Shown here: piece by piece, positions 1-10,592 of the stretch
Layout of the letters: each line of letters begins with the position of its first letter
Position numbering within the stretch: the stretch's first letter is position 1
Source of the DNA: Oscillospiraceae bacterium
GTDB taxonomy: Bacteria > Bacillota > Clostridia > Oscillospirales > Oscillospiraceae
DNA: 64,000 bases
Assembly: GCA_009780175.1 (NCBI GenBank)
Contig: WRAO01000010.1
Span: 18,585-82,584, forward strand
Direction: 5' to 3'
The notes under the pieces: generated by a model
The model's database searches: none
What the model saw: the letters and a program-made list of their open reading frames with translations, nothing else
What the model was told of the DNA's origin: nothing
Program-made: the position numbers and the translations under genes

Positions 1-1
1 C

Positions 2-1066
2 CGCTTCCACCCCCACGAAACCGCCGACACCGTCCGCGCCCTCGCCATGTGGATGACTTGGAAATGCGCCTGCGTAGACATCCCCCTCGGCGGCGGCAAA
101 GGCGGCATCGTCTGCGATCCGCGCACGATGTCTCTGGGTGAGCAAGAGCGTATGTGCCGCGGCTATGTCCGCCAGGCCTTCAAACAAATCGGCCCGAATA
201 TCGACGTCCCCGCACCAGACGTCATGTCAAATAACCAGCATATGCTGTGGATGATGGACGAGTATGAGACAATCGCGGGCGGCAGCTACCCCGGCGTCAT
301 CACAGGCAAACCCGTCGGCGCGGGCGGCTCTCTCGGCCGCACCGAAGCCACCGGATACGGCCTCGTCTATGTCCTGAAAGAACTGCTGGAAGCCGAGAAG
401 ATCGACATCAAAGGCACCACCGCCAGCATCCAAGGCTTCGGCAACGTAGCCGACTACGCCGCCCGGATGTACACCGACCTCGGCGGCACCGTAATCGCCA
501 TCTCCTGCTTCGACATGGCCGACCAAACAGCCTACACCTACCGCAAAAAATCCGGCTGCGACATCATGGAGCTAGTCAGCATCAAAGACTCCTTCGGCAG
601 CATCAACAAAGAAAAAGCCCTCGCTTTAGGCTACGAACTCCTCCCCGGCGACGCGTGGCTCGCGGAAGAAGTAGACATCCTGATGCCCTGCGCGCTCGAG
701 AGCCAACTCACCCCAGAGAGCTTCCAAAACGTCTCAAAGCGTGTCCGTATCATCGCCGAAGGCGCCAACGGCCCCACCACACCGGACTGTGACCCCCTCA
801 TCAAAGAGCGCGGCATCCTCATGCTCCCCGATTTCCTCGTCAACGCCGGCGGCGTGACCTGCAGCTATTTCGAGCAGGTCCAGTGCAACATGAACTACTT
901 CTGGAGCCGCGAGGAAGTACTAAGCAAACTCGAATACTCGATGGTCAAGGCCTTTCACGCCGTCTACAACCTCGCCAAAGAACGCAACGTCTACATGCGC
1001 GACGCCGCGTATATGATTGCGATCGAGCGCGTGAGCGGCGCCGTGAAACGGCGTGGCTGGATTTAG
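2..1066 (+). CDS. gdhA: Glutamate dehydrogenase (Glu/Leu/Phe/Val dehydrogenase family), 5'-truncated by window edge
   Basis: Frame of ORF 47..1066 stays open back to nt 2 (RFHPHETADTVRALAMWMTWK). It has the catalytic-Lys glycine-rich motif PLGGGKGG, a dinucleotide-fold GFGNV, and EGANGPTT and VNAGGV motifs typical of GDH. Confidence 0.9.
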   Translation, partial: RFHPHETADTVRALAMWMTWKCACVDIPLGGGKGGIVCDPRTMSLGEQERMCRGYVRQAFKQIGPNIDVPAPDVMSNNQHMLWMMDEYETIAGGSYPGVITGKPVGAGGSLGRTEATGYGLVYVLKELLEAEKIDIKGTTASIQGFGNVADYAARMYTDLGGTVIAISCFDMADQTAYTYRKKSGCDIMELVSIKDSFGSINKEKALALGYELLPGDAWLAEEVDILMPCALESQLTPESFQNVSKRVRIIAEGANGPTTPDCDPLIKERGILMLPDFLVNAGGVTCSYFEQVQCNMNYFWSREEVLSKLEYSMVKAFHAVYNLAKERNVYMRDAAYMIAIERVSGAVKRRGWI

Positions 1067-1091
1067 TTCTCTATCTACAATATTTACACAA

Positions 1092-1131
1092 GCAAAGAGC
1101 TGCCTCCGCTGGGAGGCGGCTCTTTGCTTTT
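1092..1131 (+). terminator. Rho-independent terminator after gdh
   Basis: Hairpin GCAAAGAGCtGCCTCC-gctg-GGAGGCgGCTCTTTGC followed by TTTT. Confidence 0.75.
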
Positions 1132-1244
1132 ATCATGTCATTTTTGTAAAAACGACATTTTACACAAAATATGGACTTTATTTACATGACGTGGTATTAT
1201 AAATGTGGAAAAATAAAATAGATAAAATTGGAGCGGCAGACACT

Positions 1245-4200
1245 ATGAGAAAATTTTTATGTTTCTTATTAATTATAGCTCTTCTGATCGGGATTTTCCC
1301 CCCGATCGTTTTTGCGGCTCCCGTCACCAATTACACTGACCTCGCCGCCGCAATAGCTGCCGCGCCTACAGATGGAACTTTGACGACGATTGAACTGGGC
1401 GGCAATTTTTCAGCCACCGGCGGGGCGATTTCCATCGCCTCCGGCCAAAACATCGTCCTCACCAGCGCAGCCGGAAATATCTTTACCTTTACACAGGCAA
1501 CCGCCGGGCAGCGGCACTTCACCGTAGCCGGAAGTCTGACCCTTCAAAACGTCACCCTGAGCGGGCCGGGCGGCACGACGTTTGGCGGCGGCGTGAACGT
1601 TTCCGGCGGATCACTTACGATAGCGGGCGGCGCCACGATCACAAACTGTAACGTCAGCGGGTCCGGCGGTGCCGCGTCTTTGACGCACAACAGTACCTTC
1701 ACCATGACAGGCGGCACAATCAGCGGCAACACCGCCACCGTGGGCGGTGGTGGTGTAGATATTGAAAATGGCTATGCCACCATTTCCGGCGGCACCATTT
1801 CCGGCAACGTGGCGACCTCCGCCAGCGGATTTGGCGGCGGCATTTACCTGAAAGCGGCAAACCTGACCATGACAGGCGGCGAAATCTCCAATAACCGCGC
1901 CACCAACGGCGGCGGGATCTATGTGGACAGTTCTGGTTTAATCAATATGAGCGGCGGCACGATCAGCAATAACGTCGCTACCGCGAACGGCGGCGGCATA
2001 TTCACTGCCCAATATACCAGTAACAATCCCTTGCCGCCCAACTCCTATCTGAACCTAATCATCGGCGCGGCAGTGGTTTTTACGGGTAATATAGCCGGAA
2101 GCGGCGCACGGATTCCGCCGAGCAATGTAGCCCCTCCGGGCACGCAGATTCAAACGACAAATACCAGCTCCGTTTTTGGTAACCCGCTCAATAACCTGGA
2201 CATCAACTACTTCGGGTCGGCGGGCGTTATGGTCCTGTATCTGACCGTTACATTCTCCCCGGGCGCAAACGGCGCATTCCCGCCTGGAACTGTGACACAA
2301 CAGAACATTCCCACCACCAACAGCCCCCTCGTCCCAACCTCCGTACCGACACCGCAGCCAACCGCAAACTACGGATTTATCGGCTGGACACCGGACGGCG
2401 GCACCACAATTTTAACCAGCGCCCAAGTACTTACCACGCCGATCAGCAACAATACAACATACGTTGCCCTCTATGCCCCGCCGATCTCTTTGGTCTTCAA
2501 CTGGCAAGACAGCGCCACGCCTACAACACAGACCGTGACACCGGTGCAAGTAACCGGCACCTACGCGAGCGCCCTGTCACAGGCCACCATTCCGACCCTG
2601 GCCGACAATGTCTTCCGCGGTTGGTTTACCACGCCCTATGGGAGTACGAGCGGTATCCAGATTCTTCCCACCTCTATCGTCGCAATCGGAACGCCGGATA
2701 TGACCACCCTCTATGCCTGGTGGATTCCGGATCCGACAGTCACCATCACCTTTGACGCGAACGTGATCGGCGGCACACCTGCGGCGCAAGTCGTACCGGG
2801 CAGAGTTGTCGGCAACACCTATGCCGCCACGCTTGCGGCAATCACAACACCAACCAATCCCGATCCCGGTTTCGCTTTCGCCGGTTGGAATACAGCGGCA
2901 GACGGCACCGGAACGCAGATTATCGATTCCACTTTAATTCCGTCAAGCGCAACGGGAAATATCACTGTTTACGCCCAATGGGTATCGATTGCGCCAATTA
3001 CCGTCACCTTCTTAGCCCAAGGCGGCACGCCGGATGGAGAATATGAGGACGTAGTACCGGGCGGCACCTACGCCGCCGCGCTGTCCGCCGTCATACAACC
3101 GACACTAATGGGCCACGAGTTCATCGGCTGGTTTACCGCGCCGACAGGCGGCGTACAAATACTCCCCACCACCGTTGTAACGGCGACAACGGACCACTAT
3201 CTCTATGCCCACTGGGTCGCCGTGACAGTTGCCGTCACGTTTGATGCCCAGAGTGGTACACCTGCAACGCAGATTGTGTCCGGTCTGGCCCCACTCTCCT
3301 CTTATGGGCCTGTTTTCACCTCAATCGCAACGCCAACTCGACCCGGCTATATCTTCCAAGGGTGGTATCAGCTGCCAAACGGCGGCGGCAGCAGCGTGAA
3401 TCAATACGCCACGGTTCCGATGATGGATATGACAGTTTACGCCTTTTGGACCCCCGCGCCTCCAATCACGGTTACGTTTAACGCCGAGGGCGGCACCCCC
3501 ACCGGGGATACGGAAGAAGTAACACCGGGGGATACCTATGCCTCCGCCTTGGCTGCCGTTACAGAGCCGACACTGCCCGGCTCCGCATTTGTCGGCTGGT
3601 TTACAGACCCGACGGGCGGCGTACAGATCCTCGACACAACAGTCGTCACAGCGACAACGAATCAAATCCTCTATGCCCGCTGGGTACCGATCACCGTAAC
3701 AATTACCTTTGACCCGAATGACAACCTATCCGCAGATCAAGTCGTAAGCGGCCAGCCTATCGGGGGAACTTATACCGCGGCGCTGAACGCCATCACAACG
3801 CCAACGCAGCCCGGCTATACCTTCACCGGCTGGAATACCGCGGCAGACGGCACCGGAACACCGATTGCCGCAGGCAGCACGATTCCTGCCGAAAATACAA
3901 CCGTTTACGCCCAGTGGACGCCGCTTCCGTCCATAACCGTTACCTTTAACGCAAACGGCGGCGAATTTAATTCCGCGTATTTCATTCCGGGTGATGGTGC
4001 GTCGATTGATCCAAATGATTCCACACTTGCGTACTATGAGCCTGTTTTTATAGCGGGAACCTTCCTGCAAGCCATGTCAGCCATGGCGAATCCCGATCCG
4101 CCCCCGCCAAGCGGCAGCAACACCTACTATTTCAACGGCTGGTGGACAACAGAGAACGCCCCTGGTGATACAACGACCGGTACGCAGGTTCGGCCGACCG

Positions 4201-6995
4201 ATACTGTGTGGAATCCGGGGACCGGCGCAGGGATTACCCTCTATGCCAACTGGTCGATTCAGCCCACAGTGACCCTTACCTTCTTCGGAAATGGCGGCAC
4301 CCCCATGACGCAAATCGTACAAGGGGCGACGCCCGGAATGGAGCTTTCGGTCGTCATCAATTACTTCATCCAAACGCCGACCCGCGCGGGCTTTACCCTC
4401 ACCGGCTGGATTGACGACAACGACGACCCGGTGGACAGCAGCACCACGATTCCGAGCACAAATACGTACTATGTCGCCCAATGGACACAAAATCCCTCTA
4501 TCACCGTGACATTTGACGCACAGGGCGGCTATTTTGACCCGGCCGACGCAATCCCGGGCGACGGAACGACATTTTCACCGGATGATCTGTTTGCCTACCA
4601 TTATCCTGTCATAGTCGGCGGAACATTTATGCAGGCCATGGCAGCCACGCCGAATCCCTACCCCGCAAGTAACGCGTACAGCTTCGGCGGCTGGTGGACC
4701 GCACCGAGCGGAACCCCGAGCGCCGTACAAGTTCTCCCCACTTCAACCGTGTGGGCCGACCCGCCGGGTGCCCCGGGAGATATTACCATCTATGCCCGCT
4801 GGATCCCTGTCCCGGCAGTTACCATCACTTTTAACGGAAACGGCGGTGCGCCGACACCCCAGATCGTACCCGGCCAGTTTCCAGAAGACACCTTTGCAAC
4901 GCCCCTCGCGTCCATCACAACCCCGACCCAAAGCGGGTTTACCTTTATAGGCTGGACGGATGAAAACGGAAACCCGATTACCGCTGCTAGCCTGATTCCG
5001 CCAGAAAACATCACGGTTTATGCCCAATGGGAACAAAACCCGCCCATCCTGGTCACCTTTGACGCGCAAGGCGGCACACCCACCGACGAGACGGAGGAAG
5101 TAACAACCGGAGACACCTATGCCGCCGCTTTGGCCGCGGTCGATACACCAACGCGGACCTACTTCTTTTTCCAAGGCTGGTTCACAACACCAAGCGGTAT
5201 CGCCGGAGGCGTGCAAATACTTGACACAACAGTTGTCACCGTAACGGCGCCGCAGACACTCTATGCCCGCTGGGTCGCAGACCCGACCGTGACGATCACC
5301 TTTGACGGAAACGGCGGCGCGCCGGCAATACAAATCGTCTCCGGCAGAGTTGTCGGCAGCACCTATGCCGCTACCCTCGCCGCAATTACAACCCCGACAC
5401 TGGCAGACTTCGCCTTCGTCGGCTGGTTTACCGCGCAGGACGGCGGCACACAGATTACAGCTTCCAGCACCATCACCGCGGGCGATATCACGCTTTACGC
5501 CCAGTGGATTCCAATCCCGCCTGTCCTCATCACCTTTGACGCCGAGGGCGGCACACCGGACGGCCAAACATGGGAACTGGAAACAGGCGACCCCTACGGA
5601 GACGCGCTGAGTCAAATCACCACTCCGGCCCGCCCCGGCTATGTCTTCGCCGGATGGTTCACAACCCAGGACGGAGACACAAGCGGCGTGCAGATTCTAG
5701 ACAACACCATCGTCACGGCAACCGCAGATCAAACGCTCTATGCCCACTGGATTGCCGTAGGTGTGAGCATCACCTTCGACGCGAATGGCGGCACCCCTGA
5801 GACACAAGTCATATCCGGCAAAATGCCCGGCGACCCCTATACCCTCGCCATTGCGTCAGCCACACAGCCAACCAGAACATTCTATACATTCCAAGGCTGG
5901 TTTACAGACCCGGCAGGCGGAACGCAGATCACCGGCGCCATCACCGACCTGATTCCAGACACCGACACAACGCTATACGCCCATTGGGCTCCGATTCCGA
6001 TCACAATCACCTTTGACGCACTAGGCGCCGCACCCGCCGAGCAGATACAAACCGCGGCATCAGGAGATACCTTCGCGGCGCCTCTTTCCGCGGTTACACC
6101 CCCATCCATGATTGGCAACACCTTCGTCGGCTGGTTCACGCAAATCATTGGCGGAACACAGGTAAGCGCAAGCGATATCGCCACACAAAACACAACGCTT
6201 TACGCGCGATTTACACCCACACCAATCACGCCGCCAACTCCGCCGACCCCGCCTACGCCTCCCTCATATCCCGGATCATCCCCGCCTCCGACAAATCAAG
6301 GCCCGGTTTTTCGAGAAGATATCACCTTAACAGAGATACACTATGCCTACCTCATCGGCGAAGGAGATAACCGCATCGCGCCAACAGACGCCATTACCCG
6401 CGCCGAGGTAGCAAGCGTCCTCCTGCGGATCGTAAGCGACGAGACGAGGGCTGCTTTCTGGACACTGGAAAACCCCTTCCCAGACGTACCGAACAACGGC
6501 GGCGCTTGGTTTAGCAACGCTGTGTCGGTGGTAAACGACATGGGAATCATGACAGGCTATCCCGATGGCACCTTCGGACCGCATCGGCCAATCACACGGG
6601 CCGAAGTTGTCACAATTATGACGCGGTTCCTATCCCCAGACATGCAATACACCGGCACAGCGGATAGATTCCCTGACATTTCCGCCCACTGGGCACAAAG
6701 CAACATTAACCTAGCCGCACAGCTTGGCTGGGTACAGGGCTGCTCGAACGGAACCTTTAACCCAGACTTGAATATCACAAGAGCGGAGTTTGCCACTATG
6801 GTCAACCGCATGTTGAACCGAACCGCAAGCGACATTGACACAGCAACTATGAAAACCTGGGCAGACAACCGAAACACAAACGCTTGGTTCTACTGGGCAA
6901 TGCAAATTGCCTCCAACTCCGCACCCGAAGCGCCAACACGCAACTGGGCAGCCTTGCAGCTGCCAAATGCAAAAGCGGAGGACGCAATTATCTAG
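1245..6995 (+). CDS. Giant cell-surface protein: signal peptide, parallel-beta-helix-like Gly-rich region, about 16 Listeria-Bacteroides (Flg_new/InlB B-type) repeats, Pro-rich linker, C-terminal SLH domains
   Basis: ORF 1203..6995. The preferred start is ATG 1245, with GGAG about 11 nt upstream and signal peptide MRKFLCFLLIIALLIGIFPPIVFA. An extended -10 (TGgTATTAT, 1192-1200) would place the TSS after 1203. The N-terminus has recurring GGGI(Y/F)/N.AT motifs. About 75-aa units ending (L/V)YA(Q/H/R)W recur about 16 times over nt ~2235-6230. A PPTPPTPPTPP linker lies at ~6225-6300. Three SLH-like units (F.D.....W...A) lie at the C-terminus. Confidence 0.9.
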   Translation: MRKFLCFLLIIALLIGIFPPIVFAAPVTNYTDLAAAIAAAPTDGTLTTIELGGNFSATGGAISIASGQNIVLTSAAGNIFTFTQATAGQRHFTVAGSLTLQNVTLSGPGGTTFGGGVNVSGGSLTIAGGATITNCNVSGSGGAASLTHNSTFTMTGGTISGNTATVGGGGVDIENGYATISGGTISGNVATSASGFGGGIYLKAANLTMTGGEISNNRATNGGGIYVDSSGLINMSGGTISNNVATANGGGIFTAQYTSNNPLPPNSYLNLIIGAAVVFTGNIAGSGARIPPSNVAPPGTQIQTTNTSSVFGNPLNNLDINYFGSAGVMVLYLTVTFSPGANGAFPPGTVTQQNIPTTNSPLVPTSVPTPQPTANYGFIGWTPDGGTTILTSAQVLTTPISNNTTYVALYAPPISLVFNWQDSATPTTQTVTPVQVTGTYASALSQATIPTLADNVFRGWFTTPYGSTSGIQILPTSIVAIGTPDMTTLYAWWIPDPTVTITFDANVIGGTPAAQVVPGRVVGNTYAATLAAITTPTNPDPGFAFAGWNTAADGTGTQIIDSTLIPSSATGNITVYAQWVSIAPITVTFLAQGGTPDGEYEDVVPGGTYAAALSAVIQPTLMGHEFIGWFTAPTGGVQILPTTVVTATTDHYLYAHWVAVTVAVTFDAQSGTPATQIVSGLAPLSSYGPVFTSIATPTRPGYIFQGWYQLPNGGGSSVNQYATVPMMDMTVYAFWTPAPPITVTFNAEGGTPTGDTEEVTPGDTYASALAAVTEPTLPGSAFVGWFTDPTGGVQILDTTVVTATTNQILYARWVPITVTITFDPNDNLSADQVVSGQPIGGTYTAALNAITTPTQPGYTFTGWNTAADGTGTPIAAGSTIPAENTTVYAQWTPLPSITVTFNANGGEFNSAYFIPGDGASIDPNDSTLAYYEPVFIAGTFLQAMSAMANPDPPPPSGSNTYYFNGWWTTENAPGDTTTGTQVRPTDTVWNPGTGAGITLYANWSIQPTVTLTFFGNGGTPMTQIVQGATPGMELSVVINYFIQTPTRAGFTLTGWIDDNDDPVDSSTTIPSTNTYYVAQWTQNPSITVTFDAQGGYFDPADAIPGDGTTFSPDDLFAYHYPVIVGGTFMQAMAATPNPYPASNAYSFGGWWTAPSGTPSAVQVLPTSTVWADPPGAPGDITIYARWIPVPAVTITFNGNGGAPTPQIVPGQFPEDTFATPLASITTPTQSGFTFIGWTDENGNPITAASLIPPENITVYAQWEQNPPILVTFDAQGGTPTDETEEVTTGDTYAAALAAVDTPTRTYFFFQGWFTTPSGIAGGVQILDTTVVTVTAPQTLYARWVADPTVTITFDGNGGAPAIQIVSGRVVGSTYAATLAAITTPTLADFAFVGWFTAQDGGTQITASSTITAGDITLYAQWIPIPPVLITFDAEGGTPDGQTWELETGDPYGDALSQITTPARPGYVFAGWFTTQDGDTSGVQILDNTIVTATADQTLYAHWIAVGVSITFDANGGTPETQVISGKMPGDPYTLAIASATQPTRTFYTFQGWFTDPAGGTQITGAITDLIPDTDTTLYAHWAPIPITITFDALGAAPAEQIQTAASGDTFAAPLSAVTPPSMIGNTFVGWFTQIIGGTQVSASDIATQNTTLYARFTPTPITPPTPPTPPTPPSYPGSSPPPTNQGPVFREDITLTEIHYAYLIGEGDNRIAPTDAITRAEVASVLLRIVSDETRAAFWTLENPFPDVPNNGGAWFSNAVSVVNDMGIMTGYPDGTFGPHRPITRAEVVTIMTRFLSPDMQYTGTADRFPDISAHWAQSNINLAAQLGWVQGCSNGTFNPDLNITRAEFATMVNRMLNRTASDIDTATMKTWADNRNTNAWFYWAMQIASNSAPEAPTRNWAALQLPNAKAEDAII

Positions 6996-7043
6996 CAAGC
7001 ACCGCCAGCGCTTCCCCAACGCACCAAGTTTAAAAGGAAAAGC

Positions 7044-7085
7044 AAAAAGAGAGCCGTCCCTTGTGCAGGGACGGCTCTCTTTTCA
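7044..7085. terminator. Bidirectional terminator between the surface-protein gene and pdxS
   Basis: AAAAAGAGAGCCGTCCC-ttgtgca-GGGACGGCTCTCTTTTC. The A-run and T-run flank a 13-bp stem. Confidence 0.8.
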
Positions 7086-7094
7086 CAAATAAAA

Positions 7095-7973
7095 CTAAAT
7101 ACCCCTCTGGGCCATAATAATCTCAATCTCCTGCTCATTGATGCCAACCATGGCCTCGCCGAGGTCTTCGGAAATCTTCGCCAACAGCGCAAAATCAGTA
7201 TAGTTCTGGACCGCTTGGACAATCGCCGTAGCCCGCTTCGCCGGGTCGCCGGACTTGAAGATACCGGAGCCAACGAAGACGCCTTCGGCGCCGAGATGCA
7301 TCATAAGCGCCGCGTCCGCCGGGGTAGCGACACCGCCCGCGGAGAGGTTCGGCACCGGGAGTTTCCCGTGTTCCGCGACGTAGGCGAGCAGATGATAAGG
7401 AACCTGCAACTCCTTCGCCGTAAAGAAAAGCTCGTCCTTACTCATAGACGCGACTCTCCGCATTTCAGACTGCATCGCCCGCATATGGCGCACAGCTTGC
7501 ACCACGTCGCCCGTACCCGGCTCACCTTTGGTACGGATCATAGACGCGCCTTCGCAAATCCGGCGGAGCGCCTCGCCGAGGTTCTGCGCGCCGCAGACGA
7601 AGGGGATTTTAAACTCGGTCTTGTTGATCTGATACATATCATCCGCCGGAGAGAGCACTTCGCTCTCGTCGATGTAATCAATATTGAGCGCCTCCAAAAT
7701 CCGGGCCTCCGTGACATGACCGATCCGGCATTTTGCCATGACGGGGATTTTGACCGCTTCTTGAATGCTCCGAATCATCTTCGGATCGCTCATGCGGGAG
7801 ACGCCGCCCGCCGCCCGAATGTCTGCCGGAACCCGCTCAAGAGCCATGACAGCGCATGCCCCGGCCCGCTCAGCGATCAACGCTTGTTCCGGTGTGGTGA
7901 CGTCCATGATGACGCCACCCATGAATGTTTCGTGTAGGGCCTTCATTTTCTCGTTTTGCATGGAAAAAACCAC
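7095..7973 (-). CDS. pdxS: Pyridoxal 5'-phosphate synthase lyase subunit PdxS
   Basis: 292 aa. [46 protein letters not shown] and the C-terminal [12 protein letters not shown] are diagnostic of PdxS/SNZ. The start could also be the internal Met 4 codons downstream. Confidence 0.93.
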   Translation of the reverse strand: MVFSMQNEKMKALHETFMGGVIMDVTTPEQALIAERAGACAVMALERVPADIRAAGGVSRMSDPKMIRSIQEAVKIPVMAKCRIGHVTEARILEALNIDYIDESEVLSPADDMYQINKTEFKIPFVCGAQNLGEALRRICEGASMIRTKGEPGTGDVVQAVRHMRAMQSEMRRVASMSKDELFFTAKELQVPYHLLAYVAEHGKLPVPNLSAGGVATPADAALMMHLGAEGVFVGSGIFKSGDPAKRATAIVQAVQNYTDFALLAKISEDLGEAMVGINEQEIEIIMAQRGI

Positions 7974-8034
7974 CTTTTCTTGAAATTTCTATTCTGGAAG
8001 TATACGCCACGCGGCGCATGATGTCAAAGGAATT

Positions 8035-8568
8035 TTATTCGGTGCCGAACTTCGCGTTATAGGCTTCAATGCAGGTCCGGATGATCCGTCTCGCGTCATC
8101 CTCACCCAGAACCTCGTCTACAACGGTGTCTTTGCGCTCCAAGGCTTTGTAGACGGAGAAGAAGTGGTGCATCTCGTCCGTGACATGCTTAGGGAGCGTG
8201 TGGATGCTGCGATATCCGTTATAGGTCGGATCCCCAAAGGGGATCGCGATGATTTTTTCATCGGCCCGACCATTATCGAGCATCTGAATCACACCAATGG
8301 GATAACAGCGGACGAGGCTGCGCGGGTGCAGAATTTCAGAACAAATGACGAGTACATCCAGCGGATCATCATCGTCCGCGTATGTACGGGGGATAAACCC
8401 ATAGTTCGTGGGATAATGGGTCGAGGTGTGGAGCACGCGGTCCATAATGATGAGGCCCGTGTCCTTGTCCAATTCGTATTTGGTCTTGCTGTTCTTCGGG
8501 ATTTCGATGACGGCGATAAAGTCATCCGGGTGAATGCGGTCCGGGCTGATGTCGTGGAGAATGTTCAT
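8035..8568 (-). CDS. ppa: Family I inorganic pyrophosphatase
   Basis: 177 aa. IEIPKNSKTKYELDK, YPTNYGFIP.T..DDDDPLDVLV and the DEKIIA signature of soluble PPase. Confidence 0.9.
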   Translation of the reverse strand: MNILHDISPDRIHPDDFIAVIEIPKNSKTKYELDKDTGLIIMDRVLHTSTHYPTNYGFIPRTYADDDDPLDVLVICSEILHPRSLVRCYPIGVIQMLDNGRADEKIIAIPFGDPTYNGYRSIHTLPKHVTDEMHHFFSVYKALERKDTVVDEVLGEDDARRIIRTCIEAYNAKFGTE

Positions 8569-8588
8569 GGGCAGGCTCCTTTCGGTGT

Positions 8589-9566
8589 TTAAATTCCCAG
8601 TCTTGCTTTGATCGAGGCGTTGATTTCGGTTTGCAGATCGGTCAAGGGGGGAATGGGGGTTAGGGGTTCGTCAGGAAATCCGAAGATGGTGGGGTTTGTC
8701 TGAAACTCCGGACTAGAATGATGGGCTTCCCAAGCTTCAAAAATACCCAGTTCACGCGCTTCTGCGTGGGAGATACTTTCTCCTGTTACGTGATTGCGGA
8801 AGTATACCCGTGTCTCCTGCGTTTCCTCGCAGAAATACCGATACTCGCCGATGATTGGGTCTAGCTGCATCGTATTGCCGCTGAATGTAAGATAGCTATA
8901 GTCCATAAAGTTCGGGGAAATCCAAGCCGCAACGATCTGGTTTGCGTTGTCTCTGAATAAGCCCGCGAATCCCCAATTGGGAAATCGCCTGACTTCTTGA
9001 AATGTTCCGTCTACGAACCGATATACGCTATATCCGCCTTCGCTGGTGTTGGGTCGTCCGAATCGAATCAAAATGGTCAGCATGTCACCGTGATCCAAGT
9101 CGTACAGACGATAACTCACCGGGACAAAAGCGTCGTGTTTCAAAAACGAGGGTGTCTCTATCTCATTTCCATCCCGGTCAAACCAGCCGGAACTGCCATC
9201 GACGATAAAAGCGCGGTCAAAGTTATACAGCTCGCCCGCGTCCCTCCCCCACCCCATACTAAAAAGCGTCACAAACTGGCTCAAAAACTCCGCTTCCGGT
9301 GAAAGGGGCGGGTGTTCAATGGGAATTTCCTCGGGTTCGGGGGTGTCGTATTCCTCGTACGCAGGCGGCTCAAGGGTTGGAGCAGGAGCATACTCCTCGT
9401 ATTCAGGAGATTCCGGCAGCGGGATAAGGTCAGGCGGAGACGCGGCAGGCATCTCCTGCGCGAGAGGGGGCGGCTCCGGAGGCCCGCTGCCGCCGCATGC
9501 CGTCAAAAACACCAAAGAAAACGCGAGGAATACAATCAGTGTTAACCTCGTTCTGATGTGTTTCAT
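8589..9566 (-). CDS. Hypothetical lipoprotein with a Pro/Glu-rich linker
   Basis: Signal peptide with lipobox (LVFLTAC|GG), followed by a low-complexity P/E-rich stretch and a globular C-terminal region with no family I can name. Confidence 0.7.
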   Translation of the reverse strand: MKHIRTRLTLIVFLAFSLVFLTACGGSGPPEPPPLAQEMPAASPPDLIPLPESPEYEEYAPAPTLEPPAYEEYDTPEPEEIPIEHPPLSPEAEFLSQFVTLFSMGWGRDAGELYNFDRAFIVDGSSGWFDRDGNEIETPSFLKHDAFVPVSYRLYDLDHGDMLTILIRFGRPNTSEGGYSVYRFVDGTFQEVRRFPNWGFAGLFRDNANQIVAAWISPNFMDYSYLTFSGNTMQLDPIIGEYRYFCEETQETRVYFRNHVTGESISHAEARELGIFEAWEAHHSSPEFQTNPTIFGFPDEPLTPIPPLTDLQTEINASIKARLGI

Positions 9567-9569
9567 CCC

Positions 9570-10568
9570 CTACAACCCCTTCTTCTGCTTCCGAATATCC
9601 TTGCCAAAAAAAGTAAGGACCTCGTATTCGCCTTCCAGCCGAGACATAATCTGCGGCGTGTATTTCGCCCCCAGCGCGTCCAGGCTGAAATTAGAACTGA
9701 TAACCGTCTGCCTCTTACTAATCAGCCGCGTATTCAGCAAAGTATAAAGCGTGCTGATGACCAGCGGCGTAACCCACTCAGTCCCAAGATCATCCAAAAT
9801 CAGCAGATCGCAGTTCAAATACCGCTCAATCTCAGACTGCACCTCATCCCGCTCATCCCCGCGGCTGAATTTCCCCGCCTCAAACTGCGCAAAGAGCCGC
9901 CCCGCCGTGTCATAAACCACAGAATGTCCGGATTCAGAAACAACCTTGGCAATGCAAGTAGAAAGAAACGTCTTCCCCAGCCCGGGATCCCCGGTAAGAA
10001 AAAGATTGCCGGATTTCGACCCAAATGTCTCAGCATATTTCCTGCATACCTGGCAATTAATCTCCATGTTTTCTCGCGCCGTCATGCCAAACCCGGGTTC
10101 AATGGTACGGTCGTCATAAAAATCAAGCGAAAACGCCTCAAAATGCTCCGCACCCAAATTGAGCAAAGAACTAAGCTCTTCCGCTTGCAAAGCGCGGTAG
10201 ATATCCAACAAGCACACACAGTGCGCAGTCCCGCTGTGGGTCGTGTCGTTGCAAATAACGCAGAGAGGCACATCATCAAGATAATCCGGCGGATACCCCA
10301 CACCGACAAGCAGCGCCTCCGCCTCAACTTGAAGCGCCTGATTCTCAGAGGCAAGTCCCGCAAGCCGCGCCTCAAGGTCAGATTCCGCCGCCAAGGTCAG
10401 ATGAATCCCCTCCGCCACAGTCTCTTTCAAACGCCGCTCAATCTCCCGCATACGGGGCAAACGGAGATAGACCTCTTTTTGCCGCTTCGAAAGCGCTTCT
10501 TCATGCCGCGTTTTTTTGTCTCTGTGGAGTTCTTTGGCTCTTGCCAGCAGCTCACTGTTTCTTGCCAT
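9570..10568 (-). CDS. DnaC/DnaI-like helicase-loader AAA+ ATPase
   Basis: 332 aa. Walker A LFLTGDPGLGKTFL, Walker B LLILDDLG and a Cys/His cluster (CVICNDTTHSGTAHCVC) upstream, as in DnaI. It sits immediately downstream of a DnaD-domain gene. Confidence 0.85.
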   Translation of the reverse strand: MARNSELLARAKELHRDKKTRHEEALSKRQKEVYLRLPRMREIERRLKETVAEGIHLTLAAESDLEARLAGLASENQALQVEAEALLVGVGYPPDYLDDVPLCVICNDTTHSGTAHCVCLLDIYRALQAEELSSLLNLGAEHFEAFSLDFYDDRTIEPGFGMTARENMEINCQVCRKYAETFGSKSGNLFLTGDPGLGKTFLSTCIAKVVSESGHSVVYDTAGRLFAQFEAGKFSRGDERDEVQSEIERYLNCDLLILDDLGTEWVTPLVISTLYTLLNTRLISKRQTVISSNFSLDALGAKYTPQIMSRLEGEYEVLTFFGKDIRKQKKGL

Positions 10569-10592
10569 ATCGCGAGGCGCCTCCTCTCCGGT

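Noticed and set aside
1203-1244. Upstream ATG 1203 as the start of the giant surface protein.
   Set aside because: ATG 1245 has a GGAG at appropriate spacing and begins directly with a canonical signal peptide. A likely extended -10 at 1192-1200 would place the transcription start at or after 1203.
7095-7973. pdxS without an adjacent pdxT, and the pyrH-polC cluster (28603-34057) without dxr between cdsA and rseP.
   Set aside because: Absence from this locus does not show absence from the genome. Both genes are frequently unlinked. This cannot be evaluated from one window.
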